Below the pieces are notes generated by a model. That model was not told where the DNA came from. It searched no databases and worked only from the letters and a program-made list of their open reading frames with translations. This document shows, piece by piece, positions 51,963-60,775 of a stretch of 64,000 bases of DNA (the first letter of the stretch is position 1; each line of letters begins with the position of its first letter). Source of the stretch: Deltaproteobacteria bacterium (GTDB lineage: Bacteria > Myxococcota > Kuafuiibacteriia > Kuafuiibacteriales > Kuafuiibacteriaceae); the NCBI GenBank assembly GCA_040218735.1, contig JAVJQW010000033.1, forward strand, positions 96,001 to 160,000, in the 5' to 3' direction. The translations under genes and the position numbers were made by a program.

Positions 51963-52649
51963 TCACCAGCGAAGCTGCACGCCGAAGCCCGCGGGCTCGA
52001 TCGCGATCCGGCTCGTCTCTTCGCTCCGCTTCACGGGCTCCCCGCACCCCTCGAGGAACTCACTTCGGTACTCATCCCAAGCGCCGACGACGCCGGTGGG
52101 TTGGATGAGTATCCGCCCCTGCCCGATGAGTTGGCCACCGATGAGTTGGGTGATCGCCGCGCGCTTGCGGTCGAACGCGAGCCACAGCACGAGTGAGGCG
52201 CCGACGCTGTACAGGAACGATGCGGTGTGCGCGATCCACGACTGCGCGAATCTCACCTTCTTCGAGCTCTTCTCCAGGAGGTACTCCAGCACCGCGAGCC
52301 GCTCCCCCTTCGTGCTCGCGCCCGCGAGGTGATGCGCGCTGTCGATGATCGGCGGTCGCCCCGTCTGAAGTGTGATGATCCCGAGCGCCGATCCGATCGC
52401 CGCGACGTACATCTCTTTCCGCACGCCGTCGTCGTCCGACACGTTGGCGATCGTCACGGCTCCGGCCATGACCGCGGAGTGCACGCCCCAGATGCTCGAG
52501 AACCACAGATCGAGCGCGCCCTCGTGCCGATCGATCATCGCCTCGGCCGCCTCGATGCGCCGGTCCATCGCCTCCGGCGATAGCTCGCCCGAGCGACAGG
52601 GGTTCGGGTTCATCACGACACTGAGCGCAGCGAGGACGGCGACGTTCAC
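51963..52649 (-). CDS. Hypothetical membrane protein
   Basis: Several hydrophobic helices and a terminal beta-strand GFGVQLRW. Confidence 0.65.
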   Translation of the reverse strand: MNVAVLAALSVVMNPNPCRSGELSPEAMDRRIEAAEAMIDRHEGALDLWFSSIWGVHSAVMAGAVTIANVSDDDGVRKEMYVAAIGSALGIITLQTGRPPIIDSAHHLAGASTKGERLAVLEYLLEKSSKKVRFAQSWIAHTASFLYSVGASLVLWLAFDRKRAAITQLIGGQLIGQGRILIQPTGVVGAWDEYRSEFLEGCGEPVKRSEETSRIAIEPAGFGVQLRW

Positions 52650-52691
52650 GTGGCGCGCACGCTACCAGCCCCCGCGCCGACGCGCGACGCG

Positions 52692-53477
52692 TTACACCGG
52701 ATCGACGAAGAAGGTCGCGACGAGGATCAACCTCAGCGAGACGTCGCCGCGCGGTTTCTGCTTCTGGTCCGCCGTGTCCAACGACAGGCGCGTGCGGACG
52801 CGCAGCGCCATCTCCTTGCACTTGAGCGGATCCGCGACGCCGCCGTCGATCATCTGGTTCTCGAGGCACCGCTCGTCCGCGAGCTGCGCGTTGAGGAAGC
52901 TCTCGCCGCCGCGCGCCCACTCGAACTCGAGGTCCGCGACCTCGCCGGGTTCGACGGCCGGTGCCCCCGCGGCGCCGCCGTTCCGTTGGGCGCAGGTCGG
53001 TGACAGCTCCGTGCCGCCGACGGTGCCGACGGTCCGCCACGCGCGGCGGTCCTCGGTCTGCGCGTCGATCTGGTCCGCGGCCTGGACCTCGATCGGCGGC
53101 AGCCCGACATTGAGTGTATTCGTCTCGACGCGCACGACGAGGCGGTCGATCTCGATGCGGCTGATCAGCCCGTCGTTGATCGGTTGGAACAGCTCCGCTT
53201 GCTCCGGATCCTCGGCGGGGTCGGGCGTCAGATCGATCTGGCCGCCGTCCTCGGGGTCGGTCGCGATGAGCGCGTCGTAGCAGACGTCCGGGAACCCGTC
53301 CGGCCACACCTCCGGTAGCCCCGGAGAGCCGGGCGGGAGGAGCTGCGTGGAGACGCCGTCGATCGCGTCGTCGAGCGTGAGGTCGATGACGAACTCGTCG
53401 AGCCGGAGCTGAATCGGCACACCCGCGCCGCACGCGGTGGTCAGGCAGAGCAGAGGAAGGTACGCGAGCTTCTTCAC
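52692..53477 (-). CDS. Lipoprotein of unknown function
   Basis: Lipobox LTTAC and start overlapping the upstream stop (GTGA). Confidence 0.75.
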   Translation of the reverse strand: MKKLAYLPLLCLTTACGAGVPIQLRLDEFVIDLTLDDAIDGVSTQLLPPGSPGLPEVWPDGFPDVCYDALIATDPEDGGQIDLTPDPAEDPEQAELFQPINDGLISRIEIDRLVVRVETNTLNVGLPPIEVQAADQIDAQTEDRRAWRTVGTVGGTELSPTCAQRNGGAAGAPAVEPGEVADLEFEWARGGESFLNAQLADERCLENQMIDGGVADPLKCKEMALRVRTRLSLDTADQKQKPRGDVSLRLILVATFFVDPV

Positions 53478-55885
53478 GGTTCGATCCTCCCGGGGCCGCC
53501 CATCGCCGCGGTCGACAGGAACCGCAGGATGGCGTTCACCGCCTGCGGGTTGCGGGTGCCGACGAAGTGGCCGTCGTAGTCGAGCTGGCCCATCGTCATC
53601 GATGGCGTATATTGAAGCGAACCAACGGAGGCGCCGCCGATGTTGCCCACGGCGGAGGGCACCGTCGGCACCCCCTCGACCGGCGCGAGCGCCGTGCCGA
53701 CGATCGGATACATGCCCGCGCGGATGAGCGCGGCCTGGGTGACCTCGGGCGTGAATCCGTCTTCGAGGCCGTAGACGTGCAGGAAGTCGACCGCGCCGCG
53801 CGCCGAGGGCGGGTCGATCGCGATATTCGCCGCGTACGGGGTCGCGTCGGAGGGCCCGAAGAACATCGACATCAACCCGATCATCGGGTGCATCCGCGAC
53901 ACCGTCTGGTCGCCGAACAGCGAGCGCGTCAGCGCGGCGATGTCGTTCGGGCGGCGTTTGTTCACGAGCGTCAGCCCGATCTCCGCGCCGGCGCCCGTGA
54001 ACACCGCGGCGTGGAGGTTCGGTTCGGCGGCGACGAACGAAGCGCCGACCACCGTGCCCTGCGAGTGGCCGTAGTACATGACGCGCTCGGGGTCGAAGCG
54101 CCCGGTCAGTCCGACGACGCCGATCGAAGCGAGGTCGACGTTGCGCGCGAGCTTCACGAGGTTGTGCACGTCGCCGCCGCCCTGCAGCACGTTGTCGCGC
54201 GCGGCGCGAGGGTTGGCGGCGTTGAAGAACGCGCGCCCGGCGTCGAGGCGCGCCGCGGGCGGGAGGCCCTGGCGCGGGCCGTGTTGTGAGCCGTCGAAGG
54301 TGATGACCGCGATGCCGCGCCCCGCGAGGGACTCGGCGACCTGGAGCAGGCCGCTCGTGAAGTCACCGCCGGTGCCGTGCCCGTAGATGACGACCGGGTA
54401 GCCGTTCGCGGGCATCGGCGAGGTCGGGACCGCGATGCCCACGCACACGTCCTCGCTCCCCTGCACGACGATGTTGCCCTGCACGTCGATCTCGAAGGCG
54501 CCGTCGAAGGGATCGTTCTGCGGGTTCAGGTACGGACGCGTCCCGCGCTGGAGGACGGGGTTCGAGACCCGCGCGTGGATCTCCTCGAACGCCGGGTTCG
54601 GCGCGCCGGGGCAGTTGCGGAGGCCGTCCTCGGCGCACGGCGACATCGTCGCCGCGAGGCAACGCACCGCGTTCGAGACGACCGGCGCCGGTGCGGTCTC
54701 GATCGCAGCTTGCACCGCGAAGCCCACCGACGACGGGTCGCCGGTCGTGAACACCGCGGCGACCGCGATGTCCTCCGCCGCCATCGCGCCGGATCCGATG
54801 TACGCGCGCAGCGGTTCGTACGCCTCGTGCGCCGCCGCAACGTCCGGGTCGCTCGGCGTGGCGTCCTCGAGCATCGCCCTGAAGTCCGCGTCGTGGATCG
54901 GCGCCTCGCCGCGGATGTTCCGCACCGAGGACTTCACGATCACCGCGTAGGTCCGGAGCGGATCCAGCGCGACGCCGTCGATCGGCGCGACCGCCAACGC
55001 GCTGTGGCAGATGAACTGCCCGGCGTCGCGGTTGTAGAGCGTCTGGATCGGGACGCGGCTGCCGTCGTCGAGCGCGACCAGCTCCACGCCCGGGGGCGTC
55101 GCGGTCGCGGTGACGGTGGATGCGTCGAGCGGGTCCGAGAAACGAATGAACACCGGCTGCGTGAGGCCCCACCCGTTGCGATCCTCTTCGAGCGCGCGGA
55201 GGTAGAGCTGGTCGAAGTCGATGCCCGAGATGTCGCCGGGTGACGGGTGACCGGCGAGCACCGGGCGGCCGTCCACGAGGCGGACGTCGCTCGGGAAGGG
55301 CTGTCGATAGAACTCGTCGAGCGGTGCGCCGCCGCGGGGGACTTCGAAGTAGGCGCGGAACGCGGCGAGGTCTTCTTCGGAGCGAACGCAGGACACGCCG
55401 GCGAAGAACGGCGGCGACTCACACGTGTTCTGCGCGCTGCAGATCAGCGGTCGCACGCAGTCTTTGATCTCCCCGCACTCCTGTCCGAGGCCGGCTTGGC
55501 CCTCGGCGTTCGGATCCGGAACTGCGCAGACGCCGGAGCCGTCGCAGACCAGGCCGACGTCGCAGTCGGGGCTCAGCCCGCACTGTTCGCCGGCCGCGGC
55601 GCCGCACGCGCCGCCGCCGAAGGGCGCGCGGCACACACTCTGGTTCCCGCAGCACAGGTCGGCCATACAGTCGCCGGATCCGGTGCACGGATCACCCGCG
55701 CGTCCCGCGGTGTCCGGAACCGGGAGAGCCACGCAGACGCCGTCTTCGCAGCCGAGGCCGGCCATGCAGTCGGCGATTTGGCGGCAGACGTCACCCTCGG
55801 CCTGGGTGCCGATCGAGATCGGATCCGCTTCGGTGCATCCGGCGAGCAGGGCGACGCCGGCGATGATTCGCGTCAGGTGTCGCAT
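53474..55885 (-). CDS. Lipoprotein with Cys-rich repeats, Ig-like region and alpha/beta hydrolase (lipase-like) domain
   Basis: Lipobox LAGC, G..C....DC..GL.C repeats, PFPSD, VIYGHGTGG, nucleophile GHSQG, DGF and GHF. Confidence 0.85.
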   Translation of the reverse strand: MRHLTRIIAGVALLAGCTEADPISIGTQAEGDVCRQIADCMAGLGCEDGVCVALPVPDTAGRAGDPCTGSGDCMADLCCGNQSVCRAPFGGGACGAAAGEQCGLSPDCDVGLVCDGSGVCAVPDPNAEGQAGLGQECGEIKDCVRPLICSAQNTCESPPFFAGVSCVRSEEDLAAFRAYFEVPRGGAPLDEFYRQPFPSDVRLVDGRPVLAGHPSPGDISGIDFDQLYLRALEEDRNGWGLTQPVFIRFSDPLDASTVTATATPPGVELVALDDGSRVPIQTLYNRDAGQFICHSALAVAPIDGVALDPLRTYAVIVKSSVRNIRGEAPIHDADFRAMLEDATPSDPDVAAAHEAYEPLRAYIGSGAMAAEDIAVAAVFTTGDPSSVGFAVQAAIETAPAPVVSNAVRCLAATMSPCAEDGLRNCPGAPNPAFEEIHARVSNPVLQRGTRPYLNPQNDPFDGAFEIDVQGNIVVQGSEDVCVGIAVPTSPMPANGYPVVIYGHGTGGDFTSGLLQVAESLAGRGIAVITFDGSQHGPRQGLPPAARLDAGRAFFNAANPRAARDNVLQGGGDVHNLVKLARNVDLASIGVVGLTGRFDPERVMYYGHSQGTVVGASFVAAEPNLHAAVFTGAGAEIGLTLVNKRRPNDIAALTRSLFGDQTVSRMHPMIGLMSMFFGPSDATPYAANIAIDPPSARGAVDFLHVYGLEDGFTPEVTQAALIRAGMYPIVGTALAPVEGVPTVPSAVGNIGGASVGSLQYTPSMTMGQLDYDGHFVGTRNPQAVNAILRFLSTAAMGGPGRIEP

Positions 55886-57570
55886 CAGTCCTTGAACTCC
55901 CATCCGAGCTCCACGTCGACGAACAGCGTGTCGACCGACTCGAAGATGCGGTCGTTGGTGAAGAAGGGCGAGACGTTCTCCGCGTCGTCGACGATGTTCT
56001 CGTTACCGAGGTGGAACTCACGACCACCGCCGCGAACGATCCTGTAGATGCGTGAGTACGTCGCGTTGATGAAGAGGATGGGGAGGAGCTGCACTCGCGC
56101 GCCGCCCAGCAGGACGAGGTTGTCGACATTCGACGACCACACCGTCGAGATGTCCGCGCCGTTCGTGCGCATGTACGTCGCGAAGAGCTGCACGTATTTG
56201 ATGAACGGGACCTCGGCGTGAACGTAGAAGTTCGTGTCGTCGGCCTTCGTCGAGTCCTGAAGGCCGAGCGCGACGGCGACCTGTTTGCCGCTCCGTGAGT
56301 CCACGAACCAGGCGTACTGGAACTCGAGGTTGTAGCCATACTGCTGGCCGTCGTCCGGCGGCGCGAAGCCATTCTCCGGGTCGCCGAACACGGACTGATA
56401 TTTCGTCGGGCCGATCTGGTACCGCGGGTTCGTGCTGCGAATGGTCTGGTACTTCGTGATCTCGTAGAGCGTGTCGAAGTACGCCGGCTGGTAACGCGAG
56501 GAGAACGTGCGCCCCTCGGCGCGGATGCGGAACGCTTGCGTGGAGAGATCACCGCGCAGGTTGAAGCGCCCGAGCGCGCCGCCGGCGATGCCGGAGCCCG
56601 CGTCGATGAAGTTGTGGAACGTGCCGTAGACCTTGATGTCCGACGCGTCCGACTTCATCACTTTCAGCTCCGCGGACGCACCGAGCGCGTGCACGGTCGT
56701 CTCTTCCACGTAAGGCCGGCGGAGATCCGCGTCGGTGCGAATGAAGGTGTCGTCGCGGCTCTGACCGGTGAGCGGATCGAACCCAGCCGCGTGCCCCGAA
56801 CCCTGCACGCAGCGCTGCTCGGCCTCGGAGATCTGCACGCAGCGCGGCGCTGCGAAGTCCGCGGCGTACTCCACGCCGAACGACAGCGACGACAAGATCG
56901 GGTTGTCGAGGAAACCGAGCGGCTTCACGAACGCGAGCGCGCCGACCAGGCGATTCGAGAACGTCACGTCGTTGAGTTGCAGCTGGAACCCACCCCATCG
57001 GTTGTACGCCTCGAAGACCGCGCCGGTGATCGTGCGGTCGAGGTCGATCGAGGGTTGGTAGTTCTGAATGAGCTCGCCGTGCCCGAGTGAGTACGGACGC
57101 AGCGAAGTGATCGTGAAGTAGAGCGGCGACTCCTTGCGCCCGTAGGTGATGAAGCGAATGACCTTCGCGAAGTCCGAGACCTCGTCCCAGTCCTCGCGGC
57201 GGATCTTCAGACCACCGAACTCATTCGTACCGGCCTCCAGCGCGAGGAGGTTCAGCGGCACGTGGAAGGAGAACGCCCAGGGCTTCGGATAGAACGCGAC
57301 GCCCGGCGCCACGCCGAGGAAGATCTCCTCGGCGATGATCCTCGGGCCCGCGCGCACGCCCACGTGGTCGAACCGCGAGACGAGCTCGCGCGTACCGACG
57401 TGGGCGAGGTCGCCCTTGATGAACGGGATGTACTCGTCCTCGTCGTACTCTCCGTCCAGATCTCCTGCGACGACCGTGGACGTGGCGACGGTGCTCGAAT
57501 CCACCTGCCCCCACGCCGTCGTGGGCCCCACAGCGAAGACCACCGCGACCCACCCCACCCAACAACGCAC
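55885..57570 (-). CDS. Outer-membrane beta-barrel protein of unknown function
   Basis: Signal peptide, IRREDWDE...FAKVIRFITYG, YFDTLYE and terminal VELGWEF. Start uncertain (57570 or 57600). Confidence 0.75.
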   Translation of the reverse strand: MRCWVGWVAVVFAVGPTTAWGQVDSSTVATSTVVAGDLDGEYDEDEYIPFIKGDLAHVGTRELVSRFDHVGVRAGPRIIAEEIFLGVAPGVAFYPKPWAFSFHVPLNLLALEAGTNEFGGLKIRREDWDEVSDFAKVIRFITYGRKESPLYFTITSLRPYSLGHGELIQNYQPSIDLDRTITGAVFEAYNRWGGFQLQLNDVTFSNRLVGALAFVKPLGFLDNPILSSLSFGVEYAADFAAPRCVQISEAEQRCVQGSGHAAGFDPLTGQSRDDTFIRTDADLRRPYVEETTVHALGASAELKVMKSDASDIKVYGTFHNFIDAGSGIAGGALGRFNLRGDLSTQAFRIRAEGRTFSSRYQPAYFDTLYEITKYQTIRSTNPRYQIGPTKYQSVFGDPENGFAPPDDGQQYGYNLEFQYAWFVDSRSGKQVAVALGLQDSTKADDTNFYVHAEVPFIKYVQLFATYMRTNGADISTVWSSNVDNLVLLGGARVQLLPILFINATYSRIYRIVRGGGREFHLGNENIVDDAENVSPFFTNDRIFESVDTLFVDVELGWEFKD

Positions 57571-57737
57571 CCTTCGTTGGTCTGCGAAACCCGACTTCAC
57601 GTCAATGTCGCCTCCGAGAGCCTGTTCGGCCCAACCGGCGGAAGTTGAAGTCGCACCCGACTCGCGTTCCAGGGGGTTGATGACGAACAAGTGCCCGGAT
57701 TGACAGGCGTTCGGGAGATCTCGAACCTCACGAGAGG

Positions 57738-58856
57738 ATGCGCAAATTCTCGTTCGTCGTGCTGTGGACCCTCGTTGCGTGCACGCCCGACCCGCTGACG
57801 ATGGTCGACGCGCCTCCGCGCGACGCGGGATCGGAGGTCGTCGAACCCGAGCGCGACGCCGGTTCCTCCGCGCGCGACGCGGGCGAGAGCGAGATGAATC
57901 CCCCCGACGCCGGCTTCGTCGACGCGGGGATGACGGAGCCGCCGCGCGACGCCGGCCCGCGCGACGGCGGACCCGACGTCCCGCCGATGCCGGGGGACCC
58001 GCCACCGTTCCCGACCTACTCGGGCGGCGCGTGCCCCACGCTGACCGGCGGTCCGACGTCCGCCTCCGCGGTGAACTCGGGCTTCCCCACCGGCACCGAC
58101 GAACGTTCGTTCCGGCTGATCGTCCCGATGAACTACGACCCGTCGACGCCGACCCCGGTGGTGTTCGCGTGGCACTGGTTGAACGCGTCGAGCAACTCGT
58201 TCGTCCGGGAGGGTGAGCTCGAGACCGCGACGGAGCAGATGGGTTTCATCGCGGTGCTCCCCGACAAGAAGCTGAAGCCCGACGGCGACAAGGCGTATCT
58301 CTTCGACTGGCCCTTCGTCGAAGTCAGCAACGCGCCGAGTGAGCTGCTCTTCGTCGACGACCTCCTCGCGTGTGTCTCCGAGCAGTTCAACGTCGACCGC
58401 CACGGCGTCTACGGCATCGGCGTCAGCGCGGGCGCGCTGTGGCTCACGTACATGTCCTCGCAGCCGCAGATCGATCACTTCGCGGCGGTCGAGAGCCTCT
58501 CCGGCGGCATGGGCGAGGTCGCGGGCGTGTGGGGCATCGGCTTCACGCCGCGCCCGCACAAGTTCCCGGCGCTCGTCCTGTGGGGCGGCTCGCGCGACTG
58601 GCTCGGCCTCAACTTCCACGAGGCGTCGCTGCGCTACCGCGACGCGCTCGTCGACGACGGCCACTTCGTCGTCGCCTGCACCCACGACTCGGGCCACTCG
58701 ATGCCGCCCATCGAACCTCCGAACCCCGGCCAGACCCGCTTCGTCTCGCTATGGCGCTTCATGCTCGACCACCCCTACGGGATGGCGCCGGGTGACTCGC
58801 CGTACCTGACGAGCGGCCTGCCGCCGGAGTTCCCGACGTGGTGTGAGATCCCGTAG
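57738..58856 (+). CDS. Lipoprotein esterase (PHB-depolymerase/LpqC-like alpha/beta hydrolase)
   Basis: Lipobox LVAC, RDAG linker, VPMNYDPSTPTPVVFAWH, nucleophile GVSAG and HDSGH. Confidence 0.8.
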   Translation: MRKFSFVVLWTLVACTPDPLTMVDAPPRDAGSEVVEPERDAGSSARDAGESEMNPPDAGFVDAGMTEPPRDAGPRDGGPDVPPMPGDPPPFPTYSGGACPTLTGGPTSASAVNSGFPTGTDERSFRLIVPMNYDPSTPTPVVFAWHWLNASSNSFVREGELETATEQMGFIAVLPDKKLKPDGDKAYLFDWPFVEVSNAPSELLFVDDLLACVSEQFNVDRHGVYGIGVSAGALWLTYMSSQPQIDHFAAVESLSGGMGEVAGVWGIGFTPRPHKFPALVLWGGSRDWLGLNFHEASLRYRDALVDDGHFVVACTHDSGHSMPPIEPPNPGQTRFVSLWRFMLDHPYGMAPGDSPYLTSGLPPEFPTWCEIP

Positions 58857-58897
58857 CGGTTGCGACGGTCGGATCGAACCGCTACGAACGCACCGCC

Positions 58898-60763
58898 TTG
58901 CGCCGATCGGTCCTCGCCCTCGTCTTCGCGCTCCCGACCTCCGCCGTGGCGGCGCCCGAGGTGCACGTCTATCCCGACACGATTCGCTTCGACCTCGCGA
59001 GCGGCGCGCTGTTGATGGATCCGGACACCGCGCGGCGGGACGATCCCTCGGCGTGGCGGTTCGGGCAGGCGCCCCTGCGGATCGCGGGGGCGCGTGACGA
59101 GGTCGTGGCCGTGCAACTCGTCTGTCGGGGCGCAGGGACGTTCGACGTTCGTGTCGAGGGGTTGGAGCAGGTCCGGACCGAGGTGTTCGCGGAGCTCGGC
59201 ATTCGGATCGACTCACCGTCCGAGAGCGGCGCCGTCACTTCGCTCGGGCCGGGGCTCTACCCGGATCCGCTCGTGCCCACGTCGACGATCACCGTCCCCG
59301 CGGCGCCGGGCGTCGGCGTGGTGTGGATCGACATGCACATCGACCGCGACGCGAAGGCCGGTGGTCACACGGGGACGTTCATCGTTGGCGAGACCCAGGT
59401 CGACATCGAGCTCACCGTCCTCGACGTGACGCTGCCGGTCGCGGACCGCGCGAAGCTCGGGACCGTGAACTTCGGCTCGCTCCTCGAGAAGGAGCGCGCG
59501 GGTGCGCTGTTGCCGTGGATGCAGATGGCGCACGCGCACCGCGTCGACGTCGAGGTGATGCGGATGACGCCGAAGATCGAGGACGGCGAAGTCGATTGGC
59601 AGGGGTGGATCGATCGCGTCGCGCCGTACATCGAAGGCACGGCGTTCACCGCGGAGGCCGGCTACCGAGGCCCGCGCGCCGGGACGCCGGTCGCGCGGTG
59701 GATCATCCCGCACACGGACTGGTGGCCGACGAAGCCGACGAAGGACAACCGCCCCGCGGATCCCGACGCCTGGTCGAAGTCGCTCGCCGAGTGGGAGCGG
59801 CGCGTGGAGGCGATGGGGTGGTTCGGGCGCCCGAACGGCACGGAGTGGATCCTGTTCGTGAACGGGCTCGACGAGCCGAAGACCGTGGAGGAGCTCGACG
59901 CGCTCGCCTCCTACGAAGCGCTGCTCGACGCTGCGAACCTGAAGGACCGCGCGCGGGTGTGGTTCCGCGCCGACGGTAACTTCGGTCCGGACTTCGGCGG
60001 GCTCTCGGACGAGCAGATCGCCGAGCGCATCGGCGGCGCCGTGGATCTCTGGAACATGCACGGCGCGTCGAACACCGCGCCCATCGCGCTGCTGGATCGG
60101 CGCCGCGCGCAACACGGCGAGCGCGCGATGTTCTACGCGTCGAACTCCGGCGGTGAGCCGTCGATCCCGCCGCTCGTCGTCGACGCCGACATCGTCGGCG
60201 CGCGCGCCTGGGCGTGGTTGGTGTACCGCTACGATCTGTTCGGCGCGCTCAACTGGGAGATCGACTACCACCAGCCCGGCTGCGTGAAGAACCCGAAGTG
60301 CTCCGACGGCAACGCGATGAATCTGGACGCGACGCTGATCTACCGCGGCGAAGAGCTCGGTCGTCGGGAGCACGAGCCGATCGCGTCGATGCGCTTGAAG
60401 GTGCTTCGACGCGGCGCGCAGGACGTGGCGATCGCGTCGCTCATCGCGCGCAAGAAGCCGTCGGTCGCCAAGGGGATCGCGCGCATCCTCGTGCCCCACG
60501 CGCTCGGGGACGAGGTCCCCGACCACGGCCGCGGGATCTGGTCGCTCGACGCGAAGGCCTACGACCGCGCGCGGGCGTCGATGCTGACCCGACTTGGCGG
60601 GGGCACGGACATCCCGACGAGCACCATCCGTACCGACGGCAAGGCGACGCTGCGGCCCGAGTGGTGGTCCTATCTAGGCGGAATCGGGGTGGTGATCGTG
60701 GTCGCGCTCCTGTGGTGGCGGTTCTCCCCGGGCGCTCGCCCATCCCCCCGAGATCGGGAATAA
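58898..60763 (+). CDS. DUF4091/GH123-like glycoside hydrolase-related protein with C-terminal TM anchor
   Basis: Signal peptide, GARDEVVAVQL, YPDPLVP, DEP motif, ARAWAWLVYRY, TLIYRG and SMRLKVLRRGAQD. Confidence 0.7.
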   Translation: MRRSVLALVFALPTSAVAAPEVHVYPDTIRFDLASGALLMDPDTARRDDPSAWRFGQAPLRIAGARDEVVAVQLVCRGAGTFDVRVEGLEQVRTEVFAELGIRIDSPSESGAVTSLGPGLYPDPLVPTSTITVPAAPGVGVVWIDMHIDRDAKAGGHTGTFIVGETQVDIELTVLDVTLPVADRAKLGTVNFGSLLEKERAGALLPWMQMAHAHRVDVEVMRMTPKIEDGEVDWQGWIDRVAPYIEGTAFTAEAGYRGPRAGTPVARWIIPHTDWWPTKPTKDNRPADPDAWSKSLAEWERRVEAMGWFGRPNGTEWILFVNGLDEPKTVEELDALASYEALLDAANLKDRARVWFRADGNFGPDFGGLSDEQIAERIGGAVDLWNMHGASNTAPIALLDRRRAQHGERAMFYASNSGGEPSIPPLVVDADIVGARAWAWLVYRYDLFGALNWEIDYHQPGCVKNPKCSDGNAMNLDATLIYRGEELGRREHEPIASMRLKVLRRGAQDVAIASLIARKKPSVAKGIARILVPHALGDEVPDHGRGIWSLDAKAYDRARASMLTRLGGGTDIPTSTIRTDGKATLRPEWWSYLGGIGVVIVVALLWWRFSPGARPSPRDRE

Positions 60764-60775
60764 TGTTCGGCAGCC

